NCBI GenBank assembly: GCA_964016885.1
Contig: OZ024757.1
Span: forward strand, 7,998,001 to 8,062,000
Direction of reading: 5' to 3'
Length of the DNA: 64,000 nt
Source of the DNA: Eledone cirrhosa
Lineage: Eukaryota
The translations under genes were made by a program, and so were the position numbers. This document shows positions 46,398 through 62,163 of the stretch, piece after piece (position 1 is the first letter of the stretch; every line of letters starts with the position of its first letter). Below the pieces are notes generated by a model, which saw nothing but the letters and a program-made list of their open reading frames with translations, did no database searches and was not told where the DNA came from.

Positions 46398-46591
46398 AAG
46401 TCAGCCTCACTACTTCATTCTGACAAGATATCAATTTATGACTAAAGATTAAGAAGATACACCAACGTTAATGTCGTGAAATAAAGCTGATAACATTGAA
46501 ACTTCTAATTTGATAACAAAGAGATTATTTCTTTGGTTGTTTAGTAACAACTAACAACTCAACACATTGATTATATCTGAAGGAGGTAAGT
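46398..46591 (+). promoter_or_regulatory. Candidate first exon and donor (GT at 46586) for ZNF copy D
   Basis: Third paralog of the block with GAG|GTAAGT. Confidence 0.5.
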
Positions 46592-47030
46592 TGACAAAGA
46601 TTTACTTAATGTCTATATTAATGTGTGTAAATAATATAATTATCTGAACCTTACAACGATCCAGTAATTAACCAGATTCCACTGTTACATGTGATATAAA
46701 ATATATTGTTATCATGACTGTCTTTATTATTTAAATTACCTCCGTCTATTTAATTATGTGGTTCACTACCTTACATTATAAAATATAGTTTATATTTAGC
46801 TGTACCTTGTTGTTGTTTCAGGGAAGTTTTGTTCGTTTTAGTCTAAATCTATCTTGATTTAATTTACTTCATCTACACCACAGGTTCTCAACCCATTTAG
46901 GCCAAACGCCCCCTTTTGTCCCTCGAATTCATGAAACGCCCCCCGCCACCCCATTTTTTCAATTTTTTAATATACTACTGATTTTTATATCAGTAGTTTA
47001 CTAAAAAATTCATTAACAATATTCCAAACA

Positions 47031-47788
47031 CGTGTGTATTATCTGATTATGTGTTGTATGTGGTCCTAGATGTGTGTATTATCTGATTATATGTTGTATG
47101 TGGTCCTAGATGTGTGTATTATCTGATTATGTGTTGTATGTGGTCCTAGATGTGTGTATTATCTGATTATGTGTTGTATGTGGTCCTAGATGTGTGTATT
47201 ATCTGATTATGTGTTGTATGTGGTCCTAGATGTGTGTATTATCTGATTATGTGTTGTATGTGGTCCTAGATGTGTGTATTATCTGATTATGTGTTGTATG
47301 TGGTCCTAGATGTGTGTATTATCTGATTATGTGCTGTATGTGGTCCTAGATGTGTGTATTATCTGATTATGTGTTGTATGTGGTCCTAGATGTGTGTATT
47401 ATCTGATTATGTGTTGTATGTGGTCCTAGATGTGTGTATTATCTGATTATGTGTTGTATGTGGTCCTAGATGTGTGTATTATCTGATTATGTGTTGTATG
47501 TGGTCCTAGATGTGTGTATTATCTGATTATGTGTTGTATGTGGTCCTAGATGTGTGTATTATCTGATTATGTGTTGTATGTGGTCCTAGATGTGTGTATT
47601 ATCTGATTATGTGTTGTATGTGGTCCTAGATGTGTGTATTATCTGATTATGTGCTGTATGTGGTCCTAGATGTGTGTATTATCTGATTATCTGTTGTATG
47701 TGGTCCTAGATGTGTGTATTATCTGATTATGTGGTCCTAGATGTGTGTATTATCTGATTATGTGTTGTATGTGGTCCTAGATGTGTGT
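47031..47788. repeat. 40-bp minisatellite, about 19 copies
   Basis: Unit tgtgtgtattatctgattatgtgttgtatgtggtcctaga, with no spacers. Confidence 0.97.
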
Positions 47789-47955
47789 TCTACTCGCTTC
47801 TGTTTTTTTCTTTTCTTTTTTTTTTATTTGTAATATTATTTATACAATAGGGAATAAAATAGATCTACATAGTGTTAACTCGTTACGGTTGAGTCAATAA
47901 TTTCAGACAAGATTCTAACTGTCTGCGCTCAAAGTGTCTTTGACCCAGGTGACTG

Positions 47956-48112
47956 TGGGTTTTTCCATTTTTAGTATCTCAATTACCGGACATGCCTGCA
48001 CAGCTGCAGACAGCATAACTATAGTCTGAGCGCAGCTGTGAGCAGGTGTGCAGGCATGTCTGGTAATTGAGACGTTAACCGGTAATTGAGATCCTAAAAA
48101 TGGAAAAACCCA
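47956..48112. repeat. Nested inverted repeat (MITE-like hairpin)
   Basis: tgggtttttccatttttagtatctcaattaccgg / ccggtaattgagatcctaaaaatggaaaaaccca, plus inner arms. Confidence 0.8.
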
Positions 48113-49735
48113 GCTCCCCCCTAACCCCCCTCCCCCCAGCTCCAAACGCCCCCCTAACGTGACATTGCTCCCAAACACCCCCCTGGAGTTCTGAAACCCC
48201 CCCCCCCCCTGGAGGTGGGGGATTCCCCATTGAGAACCTTTGATCTACACCATCATCATAGTTTTACGTCCGTTTTTCAATCCTGGCGTAGGTTGGTGGG
48301 TCCTTTTAAGCACATCTCCCCACTATTTAGCTGTACCTTGTTGTTTCAGGGAAGTTTTGTTCGTTTTAGTCTAAATCTATTCTGATTTAATTTACTTCAT
48401 CTACATCATCATCATAGTTTTATGTCCGTTTTTCAATCTCCCCACTCGCTTGTTCCTTCGTCATCTGTGAGTCTCAGCAATTTGAGATCAGCTCTCACCA
48501 CATCTACCCTGGTCTCCTTCTAGTATGGCTTCCCTCCTCTGGTTTTCTGTGGCACTTCTTTAACCAGTGATTACCAATTACTTCCTCATTTTATCCAAGC
48601 TCTGTCTTCCTCTCACATTTACGTTGCACACCCAACGAAGCATGGTTGCTCCATTTCTCTCCAGCTTATGCATGTCTTCTGCAGTTACTGCCCATATTTC
48701 ACTTCCATGCAATATTGCACTTCACACACAAGCATTGTACAGCCAACATCTTTTGGTTATGGCCTGGAGAACTATGATGAACAGCAGTGGGTTGTGAACT
48801 GAACCATGATGAACACCTACCTGTACATTGAATTCTTCACTAAACTCCCTTCCTACTCTCGCTTTACTGACAGCTCCTCTGTACATGGCTTGCACTGCTC
48901 TCAAAAGCCATTCTCCACCTAATTTTCTGAAGGACCACCAGATAATAGAGTAAGGTACTCTGTCAAATGCCTTTTCTAGATCTATAAAAGCTAAATATTG
49001 CAGCTTAATCTTGGCTAGGAACCTCTCTTGTAGTTGTGTCACTAACAAGTTTCATCAGTAATTCCAAAGAGAATGTCAATTATATGTGTGTGTGTTGAAC
49101 AATGAACATAAAACAAAAGTCTAAGATTGCTTCTTAATTTATTCTCTGCATTCATCAATCTCTCATAGTAACATTTTCAGGCCTCTTTCTTTTGACCATC
49201 AGTGGTGCTAAGTGTACCAATGTCATTTCTAACACACCTTTCCCTGTCTTGCAATGTGGAACACTTCACACCTCTGATTCTCATGTCTCAATACGTTGGC
49301 AAACTTTCTTTTTTCAGCCTCTCTGTGTGTTATGTATACCTGTCTTCTAGCTTCTCTCTTAGCTACCTGGTCCTGGTCTGACGCCCCTATTTTTCCAGTC
49401 TTTCCATGCCTGTCACTTGTCTTTAACCCTTTATCATTTAAACTGGCCATATCCAGCCAGAATTCTCTCACTTCTTTCTGTTCAAACCGGCTGTAACTCG
49501 CTGCTCATATTGATGTTAATGTATTGTCCTCAAAATAAGTAATATCAAAGTCTCATAGATTCAATATTATGTGAGATAAAGACTTTACCATGAAAATATA
49601 ATAGTAAATATAGAGTAATGTAAATGCTACAGGGTTAATAGCTCTATCTACTGTGCTGTTTCACCACGAGGTCACCCTCTGTCTGGCTGGAACTTTATTC
49701 CAGCCACAAGTCTTATCAATTATTCCAAAGAAATT

Positions 49736-50050
49736 GTCAATTATATGTGTGTTTGTGGGTATTGAACATTGAAAATAAAACAAAAGTCTGAGATATGGTT
49801 CATTGTTTTACAATCGTTTCAGAGTGTTGATTGATCATGGTAAATCAATATATTGATACAGTGTGATTGATCAGGGATTTTGAGACTAGAAATATTTAGT
49901 GACATAACAACTACCTGTTTGTCAATATATCAATCTACCATGATCAATCAAATCTCTGAAATGATCGTAAAACAATGAACTAATTAAGAACATATCTTTA
50001 TCTCTAGTTTTATTTTCATTGTTCAAAACACACACATATATATAAATGAC
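49736..50050. mobile_element. Old MITE-like foldback element with about 125-bp imperfect inverted arms
   Basis: About 49736-49858 is an imperfect reverse complement of about 49921-50050. Only the left arm survives near 15075-15200. Confidence 0.65.
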
Positions 50051-50219
50051 TCTGTAACTCTAGAAGAATCTTTGAAGAAACCTTATGTGATAAGATCCTA
50101 CTACAAAAACTATAACTTTCATCACCCAATCTTGTTGAAACCAGCTCTTCAAGGCTGCAATGTGTTCTAACGATGTTATCGGTCTCTCCCTAAACACTGG
50201 AATACTAGTATATAGTATA

Positions 50220-52185
50220 AGGGTGGGACAGGTCCTATTCAGCACAGCATCTCTCCACTTGTCATCTCCTCGGTGAGTTTTAGCGATCTGAGGTCTTCTC
50301 TCACCACCTCCGCCCATGTTTTACGTGGTCTACCTCTTCTGCGTCTTCCTACTACTGGGATTATTTGGCACTTCTTTACCCAGTGGTCACATGTCCATAC
50401 CATCTCAGTCTTCTCTCCTGCACACCACAACTTATCCCTCTAATACCCAGTTTCTTTCTCAACTCGTCTATGCTTGGTCGTTCACACACATTGACATTGC
50501 ACATCCAATGGAGCATGCTTGCTTCTCTCCAGCCGTCACATATCCTTTGCAGTTGCTGCCCATGTCTTACTACCATGTAGCATCGCACATCGGCATCATA
50601 TAACCATCCTTTCGTATGCAGGGACAAACCCTTCTTTGTCAACAGAGAAAGCAGCTCATTAAACTTCTTCCAACTCGTCCTTATTCTAGATACTATGGCC
50701 TCGGAACACCCCTCCCATGCTAATCTGATCACCTAGGTACCGGAAGCTATCAACTACATCTATAGAACCCACCTGTATTTGAAAAATGTGTTTATCACTG
50801 CGATTACTACTGCCAACTTTCCCTATACATCTACTGCATACATAGTTATCCCTACCTGTTGGTTTGCCTGCTATCCCACTACATCTCTTGTGTACCCAAC
50901 ATCTGCATAGCGTACATTTTATGGAATTTATACCAGTTCCTTTCCCACATATCGAACATGGCCATTTCCACGATGGAATCAGAGTTTTGTCCTCTTTTCT
51001 ACTTATCAACACTTTTGTTTAAGCTATGTTCATTCTCAGGCCTCTTGATTCCAACTGCTGTTTCCATAGCCAGAATTTATTCTCTAACCCCTCTACTGAT
51101 TCACTGATTCTGCTATAAGAACCAGATCATCAGCATAGAGAAGTTCCCATGGGCATCCAGTCTTAAACTCCTCTGTTATGGCTTTTAGGCCTATAACGAA
51201 CAAGAGTGGGCTGAGGACCGAACCTTGACGTACACCTACTTGTATCTGGAATTCCTCACTAAACTCCATTCCTACCCTCACTTTACTGACAGCACCCCTG
51301 TACATAGCTAGCACTGTCCTCACAAGCCATTCCTCTGCACCTAGTTTCCTTATGGACCACCAGATGACAGATCAGGGTACCCTATCAAAGGCCCTCTCTA
51401 GGTCAACAAAAGATATGTATAGTGACTTATTCTTCTCTAAGAACCTCTCTTGTAGTTGCTTCACTATGAAGAGGGTTTCTGTTGTACTTTTCCGAGGCAC
51501 AAAACCAAACTGCATATCATCTAAATTGACCCTTTCTCTAATCAGCTGCGCTAATATTCTCTCTGCCACTTTCATAACCTGATCCATCAGCTTTATGCCC
51601 CTCTAATTGCTCCTCTCTAGAGCATCCCCTTTACATTTGTAGCAATTTATGAGAATACTGCTGTACCTACATTATATGCTTTCATTATACCATTCTACTT
51701 AGATTATATATATTGCTTGTCATCATCATCATCGTTTAACGTCTACCTTCCACGCTGGCATGGGTCTAGACGGGAATTGTCCCACTTGAGGCAAGATTGG
51801 TCGGGTGACCGTATCTCACTTGTATAGGACTAGATGGCAGGTTTTCTATGGCTGGATATCCTTCCTAACACAAACCACGTTTACAGTGTGGACTGGGAGG
51901 TTTTTACCATGTTACCTACACGGCCACATTACAGCGTGGACTATGTGTTTTTTTGTCGTGACACCTACACGATCTCATTTATTTAGGACTGGATGTTGTG
52001 GTACCAACATAACTTTACAGAGATAGGGTGGTGTTGATGGGGGTGGGGGTTGGATAGTGGGATGGGGGTGTATATTTGGTTAAGAGGTGCCTACTGACTG
52101 TAGGTTTAGCTTTGTACTTAGGCAAGGCGGATCTTCTGTATTACTGAGTAGCGCCAAAGATCTCAGTCCAGTGACATTGTCTTAA
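50220..52185 (-). mobile_element. Two RTE fragments (50220-51662 RT to C-terminus; 51720-52185 3' end)
   Basis: Paralogs of 16281-17915 in the opposite orientation. Confidence 0.87.
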
Positions 52186-52215
52186 TGTATATATATATAT
52201 ATATATACACACAAT

Positions 52216-52242
<27 letters not shown>

Positions 52243-52246
<4 letters not shown>

Positions 52247-53504
52247 CGTTATACTTTGGGAGGGTCATGTTGCCAATAAGAAACACACGCACCAGTTGCT
52301 TTCACTTCAATTTATTATATATTTATAAATTTATTTATAAATATATTTATAAATTTATAAATTGGAAAAAATGGTAAATAATGACATAAATGGGACCTGC
52401 CCCTTGTATAGGAGCAAATTTTGGAATAGAATAGAAAGAACTAGGAACAAGGCCAATAGAGTAAACTCATGGTATGATAGCAATAAATGCCAGAGTGTAA
52501 TGTTCATCAATACAATCCCTAGAGGCGAACTAGCCTACAAATTTAGAAGGGCCCTAAATAAACATAAACTCAATATTAAGATAGTAGAAAGACCAGGTAC
52601 CTCCGTAAAAACACTTATTAGCAAGACATACCCGTTTCAAAGACCCTCATGCATAGATAAGAAATGTATAACCTGTAAAATAAGCCCCCATATTAACTGT
52701 AAAACTAGAAATGTAGTGTATAGCATAAGATGTACTGAAGGACAATGTAGAAACAAAAATATAGTGTACATAGGTGAGACAGCTCGTAGTATAGGGGAAC
52801 GGATAAATGAACACTGGCGAGACCTTCAAAATAAAAAAGAATCATCTGTACTCTACCAACATGCTAAGATAGAACACAAGGGTAAATTAGAGAACATAGA
52901 AATAAAAATAGAATCTACACACAGAAAGGATGCAATGTTTACGCAAATTACAGAGGCAGTAAGCATAAAAGAATTACAACCAAAATTAAATAGAAAATAT
53001 GAGTGGAACAGCATCATCACAACTTACAATTAAGGACAAAATGAAAACACACACACACATAGAACAAACAACCAACCAACAACATGTAAATAAATAAACA
53101 AATAGATACATGAACACAAACACACACAGACACCCGGATGTGGCGCATGCCCAAACTGAGCACACAACACACACACAGAAACAAAATGGCGTAGGACAGA
53201 AGAAAGGAAAGGCACAGAAACAAAGAAAGGAATCCCCAGTCACTGAAGAGGTCACAGAGTGTGTGACGAAAGGACTATGACTATATATAAACAACTATCT
53301 GGTTGTGGAACCAACCAACCAACCAGAAACTTATAAGTTTGTAGATTTGTAAATTTATAAATTTATAAATATATAATAAATTGAAGTGAAAGCAACTGGT
53401 GCGTGTGTTTCTTATTGGCAACATGACCCTCCCAAAGTATAACAATATCGGTTTCAACACACAATTTCAGATAAAGAATCTTGCTAAACAAATTCAGAAA
53501 CGAA
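52243..53504 (+). mobile_element. 5'-truncated Penelope-like retroelement: GIY-YIG endonuclease remnant, pLTR and inverted partial pLTR
   Basis: ORF 52362..53033 has C..C..C..CKTRNVVYSIRC..VYIGETAR..RINEH..H..EAVSI..PKLN. About 100-bp inverted repeat 52247-52345 / 53350-53443. Confidence 0.88.
53238..53282 (+). ncRNA. Minimal type I hammerhead ribozyme motif
   Basis: AGTCA-CTGAAGA-G-GTCAC(agagtgt)GTGAC-GAAA-GGAC-TA-TGACT. Stems I and II pair, stem III is 2 bp, and there is one extra G before stem II. Confidence 0.7.
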
Positions 53505-53740
53505 ATATATATATATGTTTATATACACGCATTATTCAACCTGCCCTTTGTTTTGAGGAAAAAGCCTTTTGTAAGTTGCCATGGTAGTAGCATCCTGAAC
53601 CTTTTCCATGCCATGTTTACTCAGGCTGCTCTACTTTCAGAACCCCCCCCCCCCTCCACTGATGATATCATCACCCAGGTAACAGAAGGTGTCTACCTCT
53701 TCTATGTGACCCACCAACAGTTTGTTAGGGCTTGTTTCCT

Positions 53741-53875
53741 GTGAAGGCATGTGGCTGAGTGGTTAGAGAATTGGATTCGCAATCGTGAGGTTGTGAGTTC
53801 GATTCACTGACCGGGTGATGCGTTATATCCTTGAGCAAGACATTTTATTTCACATTGCTCCTTCTACCTGGAGTT
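53741..53875 (+). mobile_element. tRNA-derived SINE
   Basis: TGGCTGAGTGG A box, GAGTTCGATTC B box and ccttgagcaagaca core. Confidence 0.78.
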
Positions 53876-54943
53876 GTGACTGACAGATAGTATTAGCAAT
53901 TGGAAAGACCAATGGAAACATTGTTTCCTCGGTCCAATTTGACGAAAGTCAATCGTTGCTTCCTGTGAATGTTTGCTGCCTACTGCTCCTGTGCAATGGC
54001 CACATGTAAAACCTATATTCTTAGCTAACTTACCTGAGATCCCACTACATCTCTTGTGTACTCATTGTTTGTATTTTGGACAGAGAATGGAATTTCTACC
54101 TACACCTTTCTAGCACACAGAGCAAGGCGATTTTTCTGAGGGGATCAGGGCCCTGTTTTCTCTTCTACTGATAATTGGCTGGCTAACCCAGATCTAGTCC
54201 TCAACAAATGAAACACTAGTGGAGTCGTAGGGGTACTCTAAGTGACATACAGTATTTCTCAGGCATATTTAAAAACCTGATGGAGCCCATCACCTCTCTC
54301 GTTTGAACAGAATTGAGATCTGAATAAAACTTCAAGTGAAATCTGATATTGTATGGATTCATATAGACTCATAACTCCTGGTCTAAACACAGCTGATTTC
54401 TCCCAGAGGAAGATAGAAAAGAAGTAAGAAAAAGATGTAGAGGAACAATTGACTCCTACTAATAAAAAGATGGAAGTTAAACTGTTGTTGTCATGTCACC
54501 AGGAGAGGAGATAATAGCTATGTTAGAGAGTCGTATCAGAATGAATTTTTCACTAAACTGCCATAGAGCAGACTTCTCTAGAGATAGAAGGATAACATTT
54601 ATAGAGCATGCTGGAATACTACTGTTTGCATTGGAGAGAATTACTCTGGACAGGAAAGTTGATATCTACAGTTTACCAATATAGAAATATAAAATTTCCA
54701 CTGTTAAATCTATTTCTGCTTCTTAAGTATTCTGTATTATCTCATACTGTTTCTTTCTTATTTCAGAATACCAGATGACATTGGGATAAATTATTATTTT
54801 CAATCTCGGATACATCACCTCTATTTATCATCATTTGAAGACTATTAACTGAAATCACAGTTGAGGGAAATATAGAAGATATATTTTTAAGGAATATAAT
54901 CTAAAAAATATTACAAGTATATTCTGTTGGAGATGAAATTATT

Positions 54944-57297
<2,354 letters not shown>

Positions 57298-57687
57298 TGC
57301 ATTGACATCAGTGATAAATCCTCGCAAAATTGTGAATTAATGAGAATACAAATATATATCAGTGTAATATCTATGGTAAATCATTCTCTTTCAATGTTAC
57401 ATTAACTTCACACAAATATATACAGGTGGGAAGCCATATCACTTTGATATGTTTGGAAAATATATCTTTTAATGGAGCAATTTAACTAAATGTATGCATA
57501 GATGAGGGAAACCATATCATCATCATCATTTTACGTCCGCTTTTCCCTGCGTGCAAGGGTGGGATGGGTCCTATTCAGCAAAGCATCTCTTCACTTGTCA
57601 TGGTCCTTCGTCATCTGCACCGTGAGCTTCAAAGGTCTGCTCTCGCCACCTCCACCCATGTAAATCATTTTTATTTTTGGTTTCACT

Positions 57688-58180
57688 ACACACTAACATA
57701 TAGGAGAGGAACCACATCACTGTGATGTCTGTGATAAATCCTTCTCTATATGTTGTGGCTTCACTAGACACTAACATAAGGAGAGGAACTATATCACTGT
57801 GATGTCTGTGGTAAATAATTCTCTAAATGTTGTGGCTTCACTACACACTAACATATAGGAGAGGAACTATATCACTGTGGTGTCTTCACTAGACACTAAC
57901 ATAAGGAGAGGAACTATATCACTGTGGTGTCTGTGATAAATAATTCTCTAAATGTTGTGGCTTCACTAGGCACTAACATATACAGGAGAGGAACCATATC
58001 CCTGTGATGTCTGTGTTAAATAATTCTCTAAATGTTGTGGCTTCCCTACACACTAACATATACAGGAGAGGAACCATATCACTGTGATAAATCCTTCTCT
58101 AAATGTTGTGGCTTCACTACACACTAACATGTACAGGAGAGGAACCATATCACTGTGGTGTCTGTGATAAATAATTCACT
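57688..58180 (+). repeat. ZNF-derived about 78-bp minisatellite (about 7 units, some deleted)
   Basis: Same unit as 2692-3065. Confidence 0.85.
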
Positions 58181-59754
58181 TGTAAAGGTTACTTGATGCA
58201 ACACAAACACAATTACACAAGATAAAAACCATGTCACTCACCTAAAATAGTGCCACCAATGTTGTTAATATCTTGAATAAAACTGTTTTACTAAGAAATT
58301 ATTCTCCTTTCATTTTATTTGTAGAAGTCGTAACCAAGACTTGTGCTGACAAAACTGTATTGTTCAGAATTGACATACGTTATATGTATGTGAATGTATG
58401 TGTGTAGAAATTTGTGTCCATGTATATGTTTGTATATAATTTTGTGCATATCATCATCATCATTTAACGTCCGCTTTTCCCTGCTTACAAAGGTGGGACT
58501 GAACTGATTCTGGCTTCATTTCAACAGCTGGATGCCCTTCCTAACACCAACCTCATTTACAGAGAGTGCTGGGTGCTTTTTTGCCGTGGCACCTCCACGA
58601 CGACTTTTCAGTGGAATGATATGAACCCCAGTCCCTATCATCTCATTTCTACAGCTGAGTAAACTGGAGCAAAGTCAAATAAAGTGTCTTGCTCAAGGAA
58701 ACAACACATCACACGGTCTGAGAATTGATCTCACAACATTTCGATTGCAAGGCCCATGCTCTAACCACTAAGCCATGTGTCTCCACTGTGCATATCTGTA
58801 TTTGATTTATTTATTATGTATGTGTGTATATGTACGTCATCTTCATCGACACTGTTTTTATGTCTGTTTTTCTATGCTTCCTTGGGTTGGACAGGTCCTT
58901 CTCAACATGGCATCTTTCAACTTGTCGTGTTCCTTTGTCATCTCCTCTGTGAGAGTCAGTTATTTGAAGTCAGTTCACACAGCCTCTGTCCAGGTCTTTC
59001 TTGGTCTACCTCTACTATGGCTTCCTTCTACTGGGATGTCCTGGCACTTCTTCACCCAGCTGACATTATCCATGTGTATTACATGTCTGTACCAATCCAG
59101 TCTTCTCTCTTACACATCTCTTAAGATCCCTCTTAAACCCAGCTTCTCCCTCAACTTTACCAAGCTCTGCCTTTCTCTCACACTTAAATGGCACATCCAA
59201 TGTATCATGGTTGCTTCATTCCTCTCCAGTCTACACTTTTTTTCTGCTGTCACAGCCCTTGGTTCAATACCATGCAGCATCATATTTTATTGGCAGGTGT
59301 TATACAGTCATCCTCCACTGCTAATTAAGTCACAGAAGCTATCAACCACTTCTATGTGTGTATAATTACTTGTGTATCTTTATGGGTCTGTATATTTATG
59401 TGTATACATCTGCATAGATTTGCAGTATATGATACAGCCGGGAGAACATCTCATATTATCTGGGTCCTTCTAGCAGATCCAGCAAGTGACACATATATAT
59501 ATCTCTATTATATATATATATATATATATATGTATAATATATATATATACATATATCGTCACTCGATCGACTTTCGTCAAATTGGACCGAAGAAACCATG
59601 TTTCCATTGGTCTTTCCAATTGCTAATACTATCTATTGGTCACAACTCCAGGTAGAAGGAAATAAAGTGTCTTGCTCAAGGACATAATACATCACCCGGT
59701 CCGAGAATTGAACTCACAACCTTTCAATTACAAGCCCAATGCTCTAACCACTAA

Positions 59755-60226
59755 GGAACTGATTTGGCTTGATTTCTACAGCTGGATGCCCTTCCTAACA
59801 CGAACCTCATTTACAGTGAGTGCTGGGTGCTTTTTCGTGGCGCCTACACGTCCACTTTATAGTGTGGGCTGGGTCCTTTTTTTCCGTGGCACCTCCACGA
59901 CTACCTTGCAGTGGGGAGTGAGGGGGCATATTGTCTATATGCTTCAGCTTGTACCCATGGGTGGTCGGGTACTCTGTATTACTGCGTGACACCAGAGGTC
60001 ACGGTCGTGTGTCATCGCCTTTGAGAGGTGTAATTGGGTAAGGTCGGTTTTATCTCCTCATCCCAGGTCATCTTGGGTCTCCCCACTCCGCTGCTTCCAT
60101 CGACTTCTAGTGCTCTGCACCTTTTTATGCAGCTGTCATCCTTCATACGCATCACATGTCCATACCAATGCAACCGCCTCCCCTGCACACAGCATTTGAT
60201 TCCTCTGATGCTCAGTCTGTCTCTCA
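59755..60226 (-). mobile_element. RTE 3' end, paralog of 8082-8610
   Basis: Same sequence and same truncation point. Confidence 0.85.
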
Positions 60227-60616
60227 GATATAGATAGATATATTATATTATATATATATATAGGTTATATATATAGGTTATATATATATGTTATATATAT
60301 ATATTATATATATATATATATATATTATATATAATATATATATATATATATATTATATGTATATCAACCCACACCATAAAGTGGACATGTAGGCACCACG
60401 GAAGAAAAGTAGCCAGCTCTCAGTGTAAATAAGGTTGGTGTTAGGAAGGGCATCCAGCTGTAGAAATCAAGGCAGAATCAGTTCCCATATGTGCAGGACA
60501 AGGTCAGCCAACCGGACACTGCCCACAACAGGACAACCCGTCTAACCCATGCTAGCATAGAAGAACGGACGTAAAACAGTGATGATGATGATATATATAT
60601 ATATATATATATATAT

Positions 60617-62100
60617 CATCATCATCATTTTACGTCCGCTTTTCCCTGCTTGCAAGGGTGGGATGGGTCTTATTCAGCACAGCATCTCTCCACTCGTCAC
60701 GGTCCTTCGTCATCTCTACCGTGAGCTTCAATCATCTGAGGTCTGTTCTCACCACCTCCGCCCATGTTTTTCGTGGTCTACCTCTACCACGTCTTCCTTC
60801 AACTGGCATTTCCTGGCACTTCTTCACCCATCGGTCATCCTCCATGCGCATCACATGTCCATACCACCTCAGTCTCCTCTCCCCTACACTAAATTCTATC
60901 CCTCTCAGACACAGTTTCTCTCTCAACACATTTATGCTGGGTCGTTCACGCACATTTACACTGCACATCCAACGGAGCATGCTTGCCTCATTTCTCTCCA
61001 GCCGTCACATATCCTCTGCGGTTGCTGCCCATGTCTCACTACCCTGCAGCATCGCGCTCCTCACACAGGCATCATACAACCGGCCTTTCGTACGCAGGGA
61101 GAAACCCTTCTTCGTCAGCAGAGGAAGCAGCTCCCTAAACTTCTTCCAACCCGTCCTTATTCTCGACACTATGGCCTCGGAACACCCTCATCCCATGCTA
61201 ATCTGATCTCCTAGGTACCGGAAGCTAACCACCACTTCTATAGCGCCTTCCTGCATTTGAAAAATGTGTCTATCAATGGGACTTCTACTGTCTAATTTCC
61301 CTGTACATCTACTGCATACATATTTCTCCCTACCTGTTAGTTTGCCTGCTATCCCGCTACATCTCTTGTGTACCCAGGATCTGCATTGTGTGCATTTTAT
61401 AGAATTTATGCCAGTTCTTTTCTGCATATCGAACATGGCCATTTCCCTGACGGAATCAGAGTTTGTCCTCTTTTATACTCATCAACACTTTTGTCTTAGC
61501 TAGGTTCACCCTCAGTCCTCTTGATTCCAACTGCTGTTTCCATAGCCAGAATTTATTCTCTATCTCCTCTACTGATTCTGCTATAAGAACCAGATCGTCA
61601 GCATAGAGAAGTTCCCATGCACAGCCAGTCTTAAACTCCTCTGTTATGGCTTGGAGGACTATAATGAACGAGAGCAGGCTGAGGACCGAACTTGATGTAC
61701 TCCTACTTATATCTGGAATTCCTCACTAAACTCCATTCCTACCATGACTTTACTGACAACACCTCTGTACATAGTTTGCACTGTCCTCACAAGCCATTCC
61801 TCAACACCTAGTTTCCTTAGGGACCACCAGATGACAGATTGGGAGTCCCTATCAAAGGCTTTCTCTAGCTCAACAAAGGCTAAGTAGAGTGACTTATTCT
61901 TCTCTAAGAACCTCTCTTGCAATTGTCTCACCAAGAAGAGGGCATCTGTTGTACTCTTCCCAGGCACAAAACCAAACTGCATCTCATCTAGTTTGACCCT
62001 TTCTCTAATTAGTTGTGTTAATATCCTTTCTGCCACTTTCATAACCCGATCCATCAGTTTTATACCCCTATAATTGCTCCTCTCCAGATCATCCCCTTTT
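60617..62100 (-). mobile_element. 5'-truncated RTE, paralog of 26022-27506
   Basis: RT, PHD and C-terminal motifs. Confidence 0.9.
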
Positions 62101-62140
<40 letters not shown>

Positions 62141-62163
62141 CATATATTATATATGTATACATA

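Larger units (their letters stand above)
46879..48242. mobile_element. Non-autonomous hAT DNA transposon
   Basis: 8-bp TSD ATCTACAC (46871-46878 and 48243-48250). TIRs cacaggttctcaa / ttgagaacctttg. Subterminal aaacgccccc repeats. Empty paralogous site near 33230. Confidence 0.88.

Noticed and set aside
47031-47788. CRISPR-like array
   Set aside because: Repeats are head-to-tail with no unique spacers, there are no cas genes, and the context is eukaryotic.
53745-53815. tRNA gene
   Set aside because: The A and B boxes run directly into a SINE core and there is no proper acceptor stem.
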